64,000 bases of DNA from Anaerolineae bacterium (GCA_049974845.1 JBNGCP010000010.1:13792-77791); one strand, 5' to 3'. Positions 1-8,264 are shown, counted from the stretch's first letter. The notes: generated from the letters alone by a model not told the origin. Numbers and translations: made by a program.

Positions 1-1
1 C

Positions 2-817
2 GATCCCAATGACATCTCTCCGATGGCGCAGGACAAGCCGGGACTCACCCTGGTGGTGTTGGGCGCTGAGAGCCCCAGCCGACTGGTGGTCAAGGCGCGC
101 TATCTTCCGGAGGATACGTTGCCGCCAGGGCAGCAGCAGGCCGATGGGCTCACCGTTGAGGTGCGGCGTGCCCATATCGTCGAGGGGGTCACACCCAGCG
201 AGGCAAACTCCTGGTTCTTTGTGGTCGAGTATCAGATCACGAACACGACACCGACAGATGTCGACCCCAGCTTCTTTGACATGCGGCTTGAGGACGGTCG
301 GGGTCAGAGCTATGCGCTCAGCAGCGAGGCGACCCGACGGGGCGAATACGGGGCGCTGGAGGCGTCCATTGGCGCGGGTGCGGTCGTCAATGGGAGCGCG
401 GGGTACGTGATCCCTCGCGACGCGCGCCCACCGCTCGTCTGGATCTTCCGGGCAGATGCAACCTCAACGGATTCGATCCGCTTTGTGACGGACTTCGAGC
501 CCCCGGCGCCCGCACCGGCGCAGCCCGATGTGGAGCTCTACGAAGCATTCCTGGACGCCAATCGGGACGTCATTGTGGTATCGGGTACCGTGTACAATGA
601 TGGTGAGTCGGGGCTGTCAGTAGGTCCTGGTGAGATCGCGCTGACGTCGAGCGTTGGCGAAGGTGATCTGGTGGCGTCATCCCCCACGCTGCCCTGGACC
701 GTGCCGGCGGGTGACTATCAGGACTTTGAGCTTCAGTTTGCGGCACCTGAAGGTGCGGAGTCGGTTCTTCTCAATGTGCTCGGATTTGCATTTGAGATTG
801 AGGGTCTGGGTCCGTGA
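2..817 (+). CDS. hypothetical protein with repeated beta-rich modules (DUF4352-like); probably 5'-truncated by the window edge
   Basis: ORF 23..817. The same frame has no stop back to nt 2. The composition is typical of a secreted or cell-surface beta-sandwich (VVEYQITNTT, VSGTVYNDG). No catalytic motif recognised. Confidence 0.5.
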   Translation, partial: DPNDISPMAQDKPGLTLVVLGAESPSRLVVKARYLPEDTLPPGQQQADGLTVEVRRAHIVEGVTPSEANSWFFVVEYQITNTTPTDVDPSFFDMRLEDGRGQSYALSSEATRRGEYGALEASIGAGAVVNGSAGYVIPRDARPPLVWIFRADATSTDSIRFVTDFEPPAPAPAQPDVELYEAFLDANRDVIVVSGTVYNDGESGLSVGPGEIALTSSVGEGDLVASSPTLPWTVPAGDYQDFELQFAAPEGAESVLLNVLGFAFEIEGLGP

Positions 818-872
818 GGACCTAGGAGAGAGCCCGCGGACCTTATGGCGCCCCTGACAGGGCGCCGTTTTT

Positions 873-1673
873 CTAGGTCAACATCGCCAGGACACCAAAG
901 CGCCCTGTCTTGCCGTTTTCGGCGCGGTGAGAATACCACTCGTCGGTGTGACAGGCTGTGCACATATTGGCGTTGCTCACAGTCTCCACGCCAAGCTGGC
1001 GCAACTGGGCGCAAACGGCGCCCGGTAGATCGAGATAGTGACGACCGCCGCGCGTAGTCGCCACCGGCGTGCCGGTTGGCAGCGCCGCTGTAACCGCGGC
1101 GACGACCTCCTCGCCAACCTGGTAATGGTCCGGGCCAATGGCCGGACCGATGCCGGCCCAGAGATCCTCGGGCAGCGCCCCAAAGTGCTCTGTGAGGGCA
1201 GAGATCGTCGCGGGCACGACGCCGGCTGCGATTCCGCGCCACCCGGCATGGGCCAGGCCGGCGGTGTGATGGACAGGATCATACAGAAGGACCGGTACGC
1301 AATCTGCAAAGCGCAGCAGCAGCGCCAGGCCGGGTTGGTCGGTGATAAGAGCGTCCGACCCAGGAATCGTGCTTCCGCCGTCCTCGGTCTTCACGACGGC
1401 GACGTGAGTGCCATGGACCTGGTGTGGGCTCACCACCTGCTGAGGAGCCAACCCAAGGGCCGCAAAGAGGCGCCGGTGATTCTCCTCGACGGCGCGCGAC
1501 GCGTCGCCGACGGTGCCACCGAGGTTCAGGGCTGCGAAAGGACCTGCGCTGATGCCGCCGAGGCGGGTCACCATCGCATGGTGAAGCCCTGGTTCGTGCT
1601 CCGGCGAATCGGGTCGAGAGAACCGGTACCAGACAAGGCCGGACGCAGTTTCCTCGACCCGTTCGAGTGTCAT
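873..1673 (-). CDS. pgeF: peptidoglycan editing factor PgeF / YfiH (DUF152, Cu-oxidase_4) family
   Basis: 266 aa with the hallmark motifs HQVHGTHV, ADCVPVLL, HAGWRG and C-terminal CTACHTDEWYSHR. Confidence 0.85.
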   Translation of the reverse strand: MTLERVEETASGLVWYRFSRPDSPEHEPGLHHAMVTRLGGISAGPFAALNLGGTVGDASRAVEENHRRLFAALGLAPQQVVSPHQVHGTHVAVVKTEDGGSTIPGSDALITDQPGLALLLRFADCVPVLLYDPVHHTAGLAHAGWRGIAAGVVPATISALTEHFGALPEDLWAGIGPAIGPDHYQVGEEVVAAVTAALPTGTPVATTRGGRHYLDLPGAVCAQLRQLGVETVSNANMCTACHTDEWYSHRAENGKTGRFGVLAMLT

Positions 1674-1713
1674 TGACCGTCGTTGAGGCCTTTGCCGTTA
1701 GGCGCGTGACGTG

Positions 1714-2139
1714 CTAGGAACGGCGGGTAAAGATGGTCTTCAAGACCAAGCCCAGCCACCCCACCGTCCACGCTCCCAACAGAATGCCCGCGAGCGCGAT
1801 TTTCTGCTCGTCCATAATCGGCTTCACGTGGGTGCCCTCGGGACCCAGTTCGATATAGGCGATGGGGCGAGCTCGCGCGCCGGCGCCGCCGCCGGCCCCT
1901 GCAGGAAGCTCCTTCTCAGCTGTCTCAGCCTCGTCGCTTCCCGAAGTGTCCGCGCCGGCTTCCTCCTCACATCGTCCCTGGGGCGCCGAGCCCATGCCCA
2001 TTCCAAAGCCGTATGAGATTTCGGCGATCGGGATCACTATCCGGTCGCCGGCGATCTCCGGCTTTCCGAACACCGCATCGACGTTAACTTCCTCAGGAAC
2101 CTTCTCCAGCCGCGCCAAGAGTGCCTTGATCTCTTCCAT
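1714..2139 (-). CDS. GerW/YtfJ-family (sporulation protein YtfJ-like) protein with C-terminal TM helix
   Basis: 141 aa. Contains VFGKPEIAGDRIVIPIAEISYGFGMGMG followed by a Gly-rich segment and PIAYIELGPEG, which is the typical YtfJ/GerW layout. Hydrophobic C-terminus. Confidence 0.7.
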   Translation of the reverse strand: MEEIKALLARLEKVPEEVNVDAVFGKPEIAGDRIVIPIAEISYGFGMGMGSAPQGRCEEEAGADTSGSDEAETAEKELPAGAGGGAGARARPIAYIELGPEGTHVKPIMDEQKIALAGILLGAWTVGWLGLVLKTIFTRRS

Positions 2140-2192
2140 TGACGTAAACGCTCCTTTCTACGCGCACGACAGGCTCCGTCGCGCACTCTCCT

Positions 2193-2495
2193 CTAGTCAC
2201 GCTTGATAATCGCAGCAATGGCGATCAGCCCGATGCTGATGGCTGCAATGACGCTAGCAGCCACGGCCATCATACTCAGGGTATTGGCGGTCACGTTCGG
2301 GATCTCATGCCACTTGACCCCTTCCGCGTCCTCAACCACGATCGAGACGGGGCGCATGCGTACGACGTGAAACAAGCCACGTCCGTCTCCGCGGTGCGAT
2401 ACGGTGTTGACCAACACTGAGGGCAGGATCCGCTTCTTCCCGGCCTCGATCGGGGTCGCTGCGACGATTCGAATGCGCTGCTCAGGCAGTTTCAT
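2193..2495 (-). CDS. hypothetical small membrane-anchored protein
   Basis: An ATG at 2495 is preceded by AAGGAGG plus a 6-nt spacer, and this SD overlaps the stop of the upstream gene. 100 aa with a C-terminal TM helix (MMAVAASVIAAISIGLIAIAAII). Confidence 0.55.
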   Translation of the reverse strand: MKLPEQRIRIVAATPIEAGKKRILPSVLVNTVSHRGDGRGLFHVVRMRPVSIVVEDAEGVKWHEIPNVTANTLSMMAVAASVIAAISIGLIAIAAIIKRD

Positions 2496-2506
2496 CCGCT
2501 GCCTCC

Positions 2507-2824
2507 TTATCTGATGACTTCTTTGTCGCAGTAACTCGGCCAACCGTGAGGGAGATCCATATCACAGACGTCGGTATCGGCCGGATAGCGTGTCAATTCC
2601 ATGGCCATCTCCAGGCCGCTCGCGATATCGTCCAGCGTTTGGGCCAATTCCTCGTTCTTGGCGCGGATCTCGGGAACCTGACCGTGCATCCATCCTGCGG
2701 CCTCAACCCGCTGCTCATCAGGTACCTTGAGAAGGATCAGCTCGCCGCGGCCGATGGCCTCCAGCGTGGCGTCGATGCTCTCATAGCCCATCATCTTCGC
2801 AATCTCACGTGCTCGCTCAATCAT
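2507..2824 (-). CDS. hypothetical protein (105 aa)
   Basis: ORF with an AAGGAG SD upstream of the ATG at 2824. Translationally coupled to the downstream 100-aa gene. No family recognised. Confidence 0.5.
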   Translation of the reverse strand: MIERAREIAKMMGYESIDATLEAIGRGELILLKVPDEQRVEAAGWMHGQVPEIRAKNEELAQTLDDIASGLEMAMELTRYPADTDVCDMDLPHGWPSYCDKEVIR

Positions 2825-2967
2825 ATGTGTTTGCTCCTTTCGTAGTCTGGCCGGCGTCTAGCCGGCCTTATTAGGCTTGGTCGTCTTACGTCGTCACGCA
2901 GGCGGAGGGTGCCCAGGAAAGCCTGGCCTGATCTCATCACCTGCTCCAGCCCTCAGTATACTCATGT

Positions 2968-4848
2968 TCATCCCGTCAAGTCAACCTGCGGGATCAGCAT
3001 TGCGTAATCGCGGACCGATCCGTTATCGAGGCAGCACTCGATGATTCTCCGCCCGAGAGGATCCAGGTCGTCCACCAAGTAGAGGTTGAGTTGTTCGCGG
3101 AAGAAGTCGTAGAGCATCTGCGCGCCAGCGTCGTAGCCGCCATTGCCAACCTCGGGTTGCGTGTTGACCTGCAGGAACCAACGAGAGACAAAGCGTCCCT
3201 CCACCTGTAGCTGGTGCAGGGCGTAGCCCAGAAGCGGTGACCGCGCCGGGCGGATTTGATCGGCCTTAAACTTAGCGACACCCCGGCGGGCCAGGTACTC
3301 GCGCATGATCCATTCTGCCATAAAACCCACACGCCAGACACCGATATACTGGTTGGGACAGAGGATATACCGGGTGTTGGGGTTGTCGCGGAACTGGGCG
3401 AGCAGCAGGTTGGCCTGGTCAACCCGCCGTCCCGTCGCGAAGGGCCAGTAGGAGCCCACGCCCTCGCTGCTCATGCCCTGCGTATCGATGATGCTGGGGC
3501 TGGCGTGTCCGCGGGGCGCCGCCAGCCGCCAGAGCCATGCCAGAGCGGGAGGCAGCAGATGAAAGAGACCGATGATGCCGTACGAGGGGTTCTCCTCTGT
3601 ACAAGGCGGCGTCCGGACGCCGAAGCTGCGGACATCGACCTGGACGGGCTCATGGACCACATCGGGAACAATCTGACGTGGCAAGATGACCCGCGGGTTG
3701 GGGCAGGGTTTGCCCGGCGCGTCCTCGATATGCTCCCAGATCAGGGCCCGGCTTCCGGGCACGGCATAGAGGTTCATAAATAGCAGCGGCTCCGGCGGCT
3801 CGGCCGTCATGCGCTCCAGGTGCACGTCTGTGCCGTAATGGTCGATGTGATTTACGCGCAGGAACCACGCATCCTCTGCGTCAGTGACCGTGAGCTTACC
3901 CGAATCATCCTGCAAGGAGGGGTGGCATAGCGCCATATCGTCGGCCACGGGATGCAGGTCGCACGAGCGTGGGATCTCGAGATAGCGACGCTCGCCGGTG
4001 AGCATGTTCTCACCGAGGAGCAACCGACCGTCGTCCTCACGGTGGGCGTGCTCCAGGAGCTCGCTCTTACCGCCCCCGCTGGCAGCCTCGTGCATGATTG
4101 TGGTGACGTTATCGTATGGCGTCACCACCCTTACCGTGGAGCAGTGTGCGGTGACCCATCCCTCGCGCTCACCCTGGGTGAGCAGCATCCCGTAGACGCC
4201 CTTCTTGGCGCTGGGTCCGGGATAGAGGTTGTAGGAAAAGACCTCGTGGAGATCCGGCAGGCGATTATGGACGACGACCTGCTTGCCGTTGTAGTGCGTG
4301 TGACGGAATATCGGCGCGACGTAGATGATGGATCGCGGATGAAAGTCCTCGGGGATCTCGGACTCGGGGATGATACCCTGTAGCATTGCCAGGCTGAGGG
4401 CGAAGAACCCCGCGTTCGCCGGGGCGATCACCGCAGAGTCCATACCCATGCCGCGTTGGCCGGCGATATAGCCAAACATGGCTAAGGACTGAGAGGAGAG
4501 CCACTCAAAGGTGGCCTGCCGAATCGACTCAAAGTCCTCACCGAAGCGGCCTCGATAGGTAGGCTTATCGGTTGGACCGTCATCCGCGACGACCAGGCAA
4601 TCGGGGTCGCGGCGTCGCATATAGGGCTCCGGGTAGTTCACGGACACACCATTGCGCACGCGCGCAACGATGGCCTCGACCGTCTCGCCCCGGTCGGGCA
4701 CCTCATAGGTGACTTCGAAGTGGTTGCTGCCAAGCCCTCCACATGCCAGGTGGACCAGCTCGTCGATAGAGCTGGCTATGGTGAGGCTCGGACAGGCCAG
4801 GACGACCTCAGCTGCTTCCTTCGGTAGATGATACTTCTCCCAATCCAT
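2968..4848 (-). CDS. DUF4914-like protein with HprK/PEPCK-type P-loop
   Basis: 626 aa counted from the ATG at 4848, which follows a GGAAGGAAG SD; the track start at 4878 is a TTG. The P-loop-like AASGGGKSE resembles the GxSGxGKSE motif of HPr kinase and the PEPCK fold. The family assignment is from memory of the size and motif. Confidence 0.6.
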   Translation of the reverse strand: MDWEKYHLPKEAAEVVLACPSLTIASSIDELVHLACGGLGSNHFEVTYEVPDRGETVEAIVARVRNGVSVNYPEPYMRRRDPDCLVVADDGPTDKPTYRGRFGEDFESIRQATFEWLSSQSLAMFGYIAGQRGMGMDSAVIAPANAGFFALSLAMLQGIIPESEIPEDFHPRSIIYVAPIFRHTHYNGKQVVVHNRLPDLHEVFSYNLYPGPSAKKGVYGMLLTQGEREGWVTAHCSTVRVVTPYDNVTTIMHEAASGGGKSELLEHAHREDDGRLLLGENMLTGERRYLEIPRSCDLHPVADDMALCHPSLQDDSGKLTVTDAEDAWFLRVNHIDHYGTDVHLERMTAEPPEPLLFMNLYAVPGSRALIWEHIEDAPGKPCPNPRVILPRQIVPDVVHEPVQVDVRSFGVRTPPCTEENPSYGIIGLFHLLPPALAWLWRLAAPRGHASPSIIDTQGMSSEGVGSYWPFATGRRVDQANLLLAQFRDNPNTRYILCPNQYIGVWRVGFMAEWIMREYLARRGVAKFKADQIRPARSPLLGYALHQLQVEGRFVSRWFLQVNTQPEVGNGGYDAGAQMLYDFFREQLNLYLVDDLDPLGRRIIECCLDNGSVRDYAMLIPQVDLTG

Positions 4849-4950
4849 CGTTCTCTTCCTTCCTTCTGTGATGATCAATCCGGGCCAACGCGATCTGTGC
4901 CCCGGTCCCCCTCAGGATGAAGCTCTTAAGGTGATGCCTCTAGATGTCTC

Positions 4951-4983
4951 AAACGAAAAGCGGCGCTTTGGTCTCGCGCCGCC
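4951..4983 (-). terminator. intrinsic terminator downstream of the 1000-aa molybdoenzyme gene
   Basis: The minus strand reads GCGGCGC-gagaccaaa-GCGCCGC followed by TTTTCGTTT, immediately after the stop at 5007. Confidence 0.6.
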
Positions 4984-5006
4984 TTTGGTCTCTCTGCGAT
5001 CTGCCG

Positions 5007-8000
5007 TTAACCATTCCCCTCCGGCGGCGCCTGGCCCTTGAGGGCCTTCCACAATCGCTCGGGTGTCACCGGCGTTCGCTGGATCATGACGCCGGTGGCA
5101 TCATAGATGGCATTGATCACCGCCGGGGCCACGCCGTTGACAACAATCTCGGCAACCGACTTCACACCCATCGGGTGTGAGGGCTCAAAGGTCTCGACGA
5201 AGAGCGTCTGCATCGGGGGGCTCTCGTCGGCTCGGAAAACCCGGTAATCGTCCAGGCGTGGATTGACCGTGCGTCCCTCAGTATCATAGATCAGCTCCTC
5301 GGTGAGGGCGTAGCCGAGCGCCTGGTGCATTCCCCCTTCGGCCTGACCGCTGGCTGTGAGCGGGTTGATGATCTGGCCCGAGTCCAGGGCGATGAGCAGG
5401 TTGTCGACGGTCGTCTGACCTGTCTCCATATCCACCGTCACCTCGGCAAACTGGGCCGCGAAGGGGGGCGGGCTGACAGGGCTCACGAAGGAACCGTGCC
5501 CCATAATCTGGTGCTGATTCTGCGTGTGCAATGCGTGCGTCGCGATTTCCCGGAAACTAAGGCTAAGGCGATCATCGCGCCACGCCCGTCCGCCGCTTAG
5601 GGTGAAGGCCTCGGGCTCGCCGCCTAGCATCTCCGCCGCGACGTCCTTGATCTGGCGCGCGACCTCCTCGGCAGCGCGCGCGACGGCCCCACCACTGACA
5701 TACGTGGTACTCGACGCATACGCGCCTTTGTCGAAGGGCGTGAGGTCCGTGTCGGACGAGCGGATGATCAGGTCGTCGAGGTCGCAGCCCAGCACCTCGG
5801 CTGCGATCTGTCCAAGCACCGTATCGGAGCCCGTCCCGAGATCCGTGGCGCCGACCATCAGATTGAACGTGCCATCATCGTTCATTTTGATGCTGGCTGC
5901 GCCCATGTCCAGGTTGGCGATGCCGGATCCCTGCATCAGGAACGCGACGCCAATACCCCGCCGCAGGTATGGCTTGCCGGGGACGAGGTGCCAGTCGGGG
6001 TGACCGAACTTCTGATGCCAATCGACGGCGGCAGCACCCTGAATCGCCGCCTCACGGAGCGCGTTGGTCTCGATGATCTCGCCATGCGCTTCGCGCCCCT
6101 CACTCCAGGCCTTACTCATGATGTTCTCGGTGTGTGGTGCGATAATGTTCTGGAGCCGGAACTCCAAGGGATCCCAGCCCAGCTCGCACGCGGCGCGGGT
6201 GATGAGGGTCTCGGTGGCAACGACGCCTTGGGTGACGCCGTAGCCGCGATAGGCCCCGGCTCGGGGGCGGTTCGTGTAGTAGGTCTCGCCGCGAAACCGC
6301 ACGTTGGGCGTGTTGTAGAGGGGCAGCGTCTTGTGCCCGGTGTTGCCCAGCACGGTCAGCCCATGGCCGCCGTAGGCGCCGGTGTCGCTGAGGACGTCGA
6401 TATCCTGTGCCAACATCTTGCCCTCGTCGTCGACCGCCAGCCGATAGCTAACGCGCATCGGATGGCGGGTGGTGGTATAGATGAACTGCTCCTCGCGCGT
6501 CAACTCGAGCAGGACCGGGCGACCGGTCGCGATGGTCAGATGCGCAGGGATGTCCTCGTAAATCTCCTGTTTGTTGCCGAATCCGGCCCCGATACGAGGC
6601 TTGATCACGCGAATTTCGCCTTCGGAGAGGCCCAAAACCGGCGCGAGGATCCGCCGCACGTGGAAGGGCACCTGGGTCGACGTGAGGATCACCAAGCGGT
6701 CATCCTCATCCCAGTAGGTGAGGGTCACCCAGGGCTCCAGAGGAACGTGCTTCATCTTCTGCGTCTCGACGGTCGTCTCGAAGACCGCTGCGGCGTCATC
6801 GAAAGCGGTATCGACATCGCCGACATCAATCGACACTCTTGCGACTAGGTTGCGACTCGGGTCGCTCTCCCCGAAGTTGACGTAGTCCTCCTGATCGTGG
6901 ATCACCGGCGCGCCCTCGGCCCTCGCTGCGTCCAGATCCAAGACCGGGGGCAAAACCTCGTAGTCCACGTGAATCAGGGAGAGTGCTTCTTCCGCGATCT
7001 CAGGGCTCTCCGCAGCCACGGCGGCGACGCGATCCCCGACGTAACGCACCTTGTCATCGAAGCTCACGTAATCGAGGGGTCCCGGGATCGGGTACGACTG
7101 CCCGGCCGTCGAGTAGACGACGCGCGGCACGTTCTTGTAGGTGAGGACCGCGTGGACGCCAGGCAGGGCCTCGGCCTCCTGTGTGTCGATGTCTTTGATG
7201 CGGGCATGGGCGTGAGGACTGTGCAAGATCTTGGCATAGAGCATCCCGGGGCGCTCAAAGTCGGCGACAAAAGCCGCGTGGCCCTGCGCCAGTTTCGGCG
7301 CGTCGACCTTGGGCAAGGGTTGGCCGACGACGGAGAAACGCTGCGCCTCAGCGGTGACGAAGACCTTGGGCTGCATTTTCACCCGAGTCTGAGTTGCAGC
7401 GCCGCCCCCACCCCCGGTCTCCAGCGGCTCAGGGCCCTCGCCTGGGCGGCCATCAGGCCCCAACAGCTCCTCTGGCATCAAAAAAAGATCGGCCCCGGAC
7501 TCACCGCCGACCGGCCCCGGATCCTCGCCCCGCAGATAGGCTGCGGCCCGGAGAATTGCCTCCACGGGCTTGACGTAGCCCGTTTCGCGGGAGACGATCC
7601 CGCTGATGGCATCACGGACCTCGGCCTCCGTGGGGCTTGGGTTGCGGTTGAGCAGCGCCAATCCGGCGAGGATGAGCGCGGGCGTGTCATAGCCGCTTTG
7701 GATCGCGCCCGTTTCGACGAAGGCCCGTTGCAGGGGGTGCCACGTGCCCGCCCGGTCCCACCCGAGACGTTGGCGCTCGCCGAGCCCCTCGATCGTGGTG
7801 ATCTTCGCGCCGTCGACCTGAGCGGCAAGGGTCACAACGCTGTTCTGCGGGCGTCCGTCCACCAGGACGGTGCTGTAGCCATCCGCGCCGTCCTCACTCC
7901 CGAACTTGACGCCGTAGAAGCCTTCGCGCCGCAGAAGCTGGAAGAGCGTTTCGCGTGGCGTGACGTCAAATTGACGCTGATCCCCATTCAAAACGATTGT

Positions 8001-8009
8001 GATCTGCAT
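5007..8009 (-). CDS. xanthine dehydrogenase/aldehyde oxidoreductase family molybdopterin-binding protein fused to an N-terminal (degenerate) 2x[2Fe-2S]-type domain (MOP/XdhD architecture)
   Basis: 1000 aa. The N-terminal 160 aa align with the in-window CoxS but lack all Cys ligands. This is followed by an a/b-hammerhead (LYAKILHSPHAHARIKDID) and Moco domains (GAGFGNKQE; C-terminal GVKSVAEI with the conserved Glu). Confidence 0.85.
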   Translation of the reverse strand: MQITIVLNGDQRQFDVTPRETLFQLLRREGFYGVKFGSEDGADGYSTVLVDGRPQNSVVTLAAQVDGAKITTIEGLGERQRLGWDRAGTWHPLQRAFVETGAIQSGYDTPALILAGLALLNRNPSPTEAEVRDAISGIVSRETGYVKPVEAILRAAAYLRGEDPGPVGGESGADLFLMPEELLGPDGRPGEGPEPLETGGGGGAATQTRVKMQPKVFVTAEAQRFSVVGQPLPKVDAPKLAQGHAAFVADFERPGMLYAKILHSPHAHARIKDIDTQEAEALPGVHAVLTYKNVPRVVYSTAGQSYPIPGPLDYVSFDDKVRYVGDRVAAVAAESPEIAEEALSLIHVDYEVLPPVLDLDAARAEGAPVIHDQEDYVNFGESDPSRNLVARVSIDVGDVDTAFDDAAAVFETTVETQKMKHVPLEPWVTLTYWDEDDRLVILTSTQVPFHVRRILAPVLGLSEGEIRVIKPRIGAGFGNKQEIYEDIPAHLTIATGRPVLLELTREEQFIYTTTRHPMRVSYRLAVDDEGKMLAQDIDVLSDTGAYGGHGLTVLGNTGHKTLPLYNTPNVRFRGETYYTNRPRAGAYRGYGVTQGVVATETLITRAACELGWDPLEFRLQNIIAPHTENIMSKAWSEGREAHGEIIETNALREAAIQGAAAVDWHQKFGHPDWHLVPGKPYLRRGIGVAFLMQGSGIANLDMGAASIKMNDDGTFNLMVGATDLGTGSDTVLGQIAAEVLGCDLDDLIIRSSDTDLTPFDKGAYASSTTYVSGGAVARAAEEVARQIKDVAAEMLGGEPEAFTLSGGRAWRDDRLSLSFREIATHALHTQNQHQIMGHGSFVSPVSPPPFAAQFAEVTVDMETGQTTVDNLLIALDSGQIINPLTASGQAEGGMHQALGYALTEELIYDTEGRTVNPRLDDYRVFRADESPPMQTLFVETFEPSHPMGVKSVAEIVVNGVAPAVINAIYDATGVMIQRTPVTPERLWKALKGQAPPEGNG

Positions 8010-8044
8010 AGACCCTCACCGGTTGTGCTATGCCTACCCGCTTG

Positions 8045-8072
8045 ATTGTACCGGGATCTACATCCGTGTCAA
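8045..8072 (-). promoter_or_regulatory. putative sigma70-type promoter of the 1000-aa molybdoenzyme gene
   Basis: The minus strand reads TTGACA (8072..8067), a 16-nt spacer, then TACAAT (8050..8045), about 35 nt upstream of the ATG at 8009. A GGTGAGGG SD follows. Confidence 0.4.
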
Positions 8073-8077
8073 AGGTT

Positions 8078-8210
8078 AGGGCAATCACAATCGGCGTGGG
8101 ACAAAGTGCAACGCACCTAGGCTTGGCGGTGAGCGATGCCTTTGACATCGGGTCGTGGTTGACGAAGCCCAGGGGCGTTGCACTTGTTCTAGCCAACTGC
8201 GATTACCTTA
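8078..8210. mobile_element. MITE-like hairpin repeat element, copy 1 (about 133 bp) flanked by a perfect 11-bp direct repeat
   Basis: About 85% identical to 47331..47462. 16-bp imperfect terminal inverted repeats (8080..8095 against 8192..8207). An inner 15-bp stem (8101..8116 against 8173..8187). A central hairpin CGATGCC-ttt-GACATCG. The direct repeat TGTCAAAGGTT lies at 8067..8077 and 8211..8221. Confidence 0.65.
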
Positions 8211-8229
8211 TGTCAAAGGTTCTGCACGG

Positions 8230-8257
8230 TTGACAAAGCGGTCCCCCATGCTAACAT
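8230..8257 (+). promoter_or_regulatory. putative promoter of the rfbF operon
   Basis: TTGACA (8230..8235), a 16-nt spacer, then TAACAT (8252..8257), about 185 nt upstream of rfbF. Confidence 0.3.
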
Positions 8258-8264
8258 TGGCTGA

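Noticed and set aside
5988-8045. Plus-strand ORFs of 286 aa and 382 aa inside the 1000-aa molybdoenzyme gene. Similar cases are 51129..52238, 52722..53399, 60302..61429, 47658..48572 and 36175..37062.
   Set aside because: All lie antisense to genes with strong homology signatures, have biased Arg/Gly/Asp composition, and contain no recognisable domains.
8079-8207. Reading the repeat as a riboswitch or 5'-UTR element of the molybdoenzyme and MFS genes (for example Moco or a purine-type).
   Set aside because: A good TTGACA-16-TACAAT promoter lies between copy 1 and its gene, so the element is probably upstream of the transcription start. The similarity ends exactly at inverted-repeat termini flanked by 11-bp direct repeats, which favours a mobile element. 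No known riboswitch core was recognised. An RNA-level role is kept only as a separate hypothesis.
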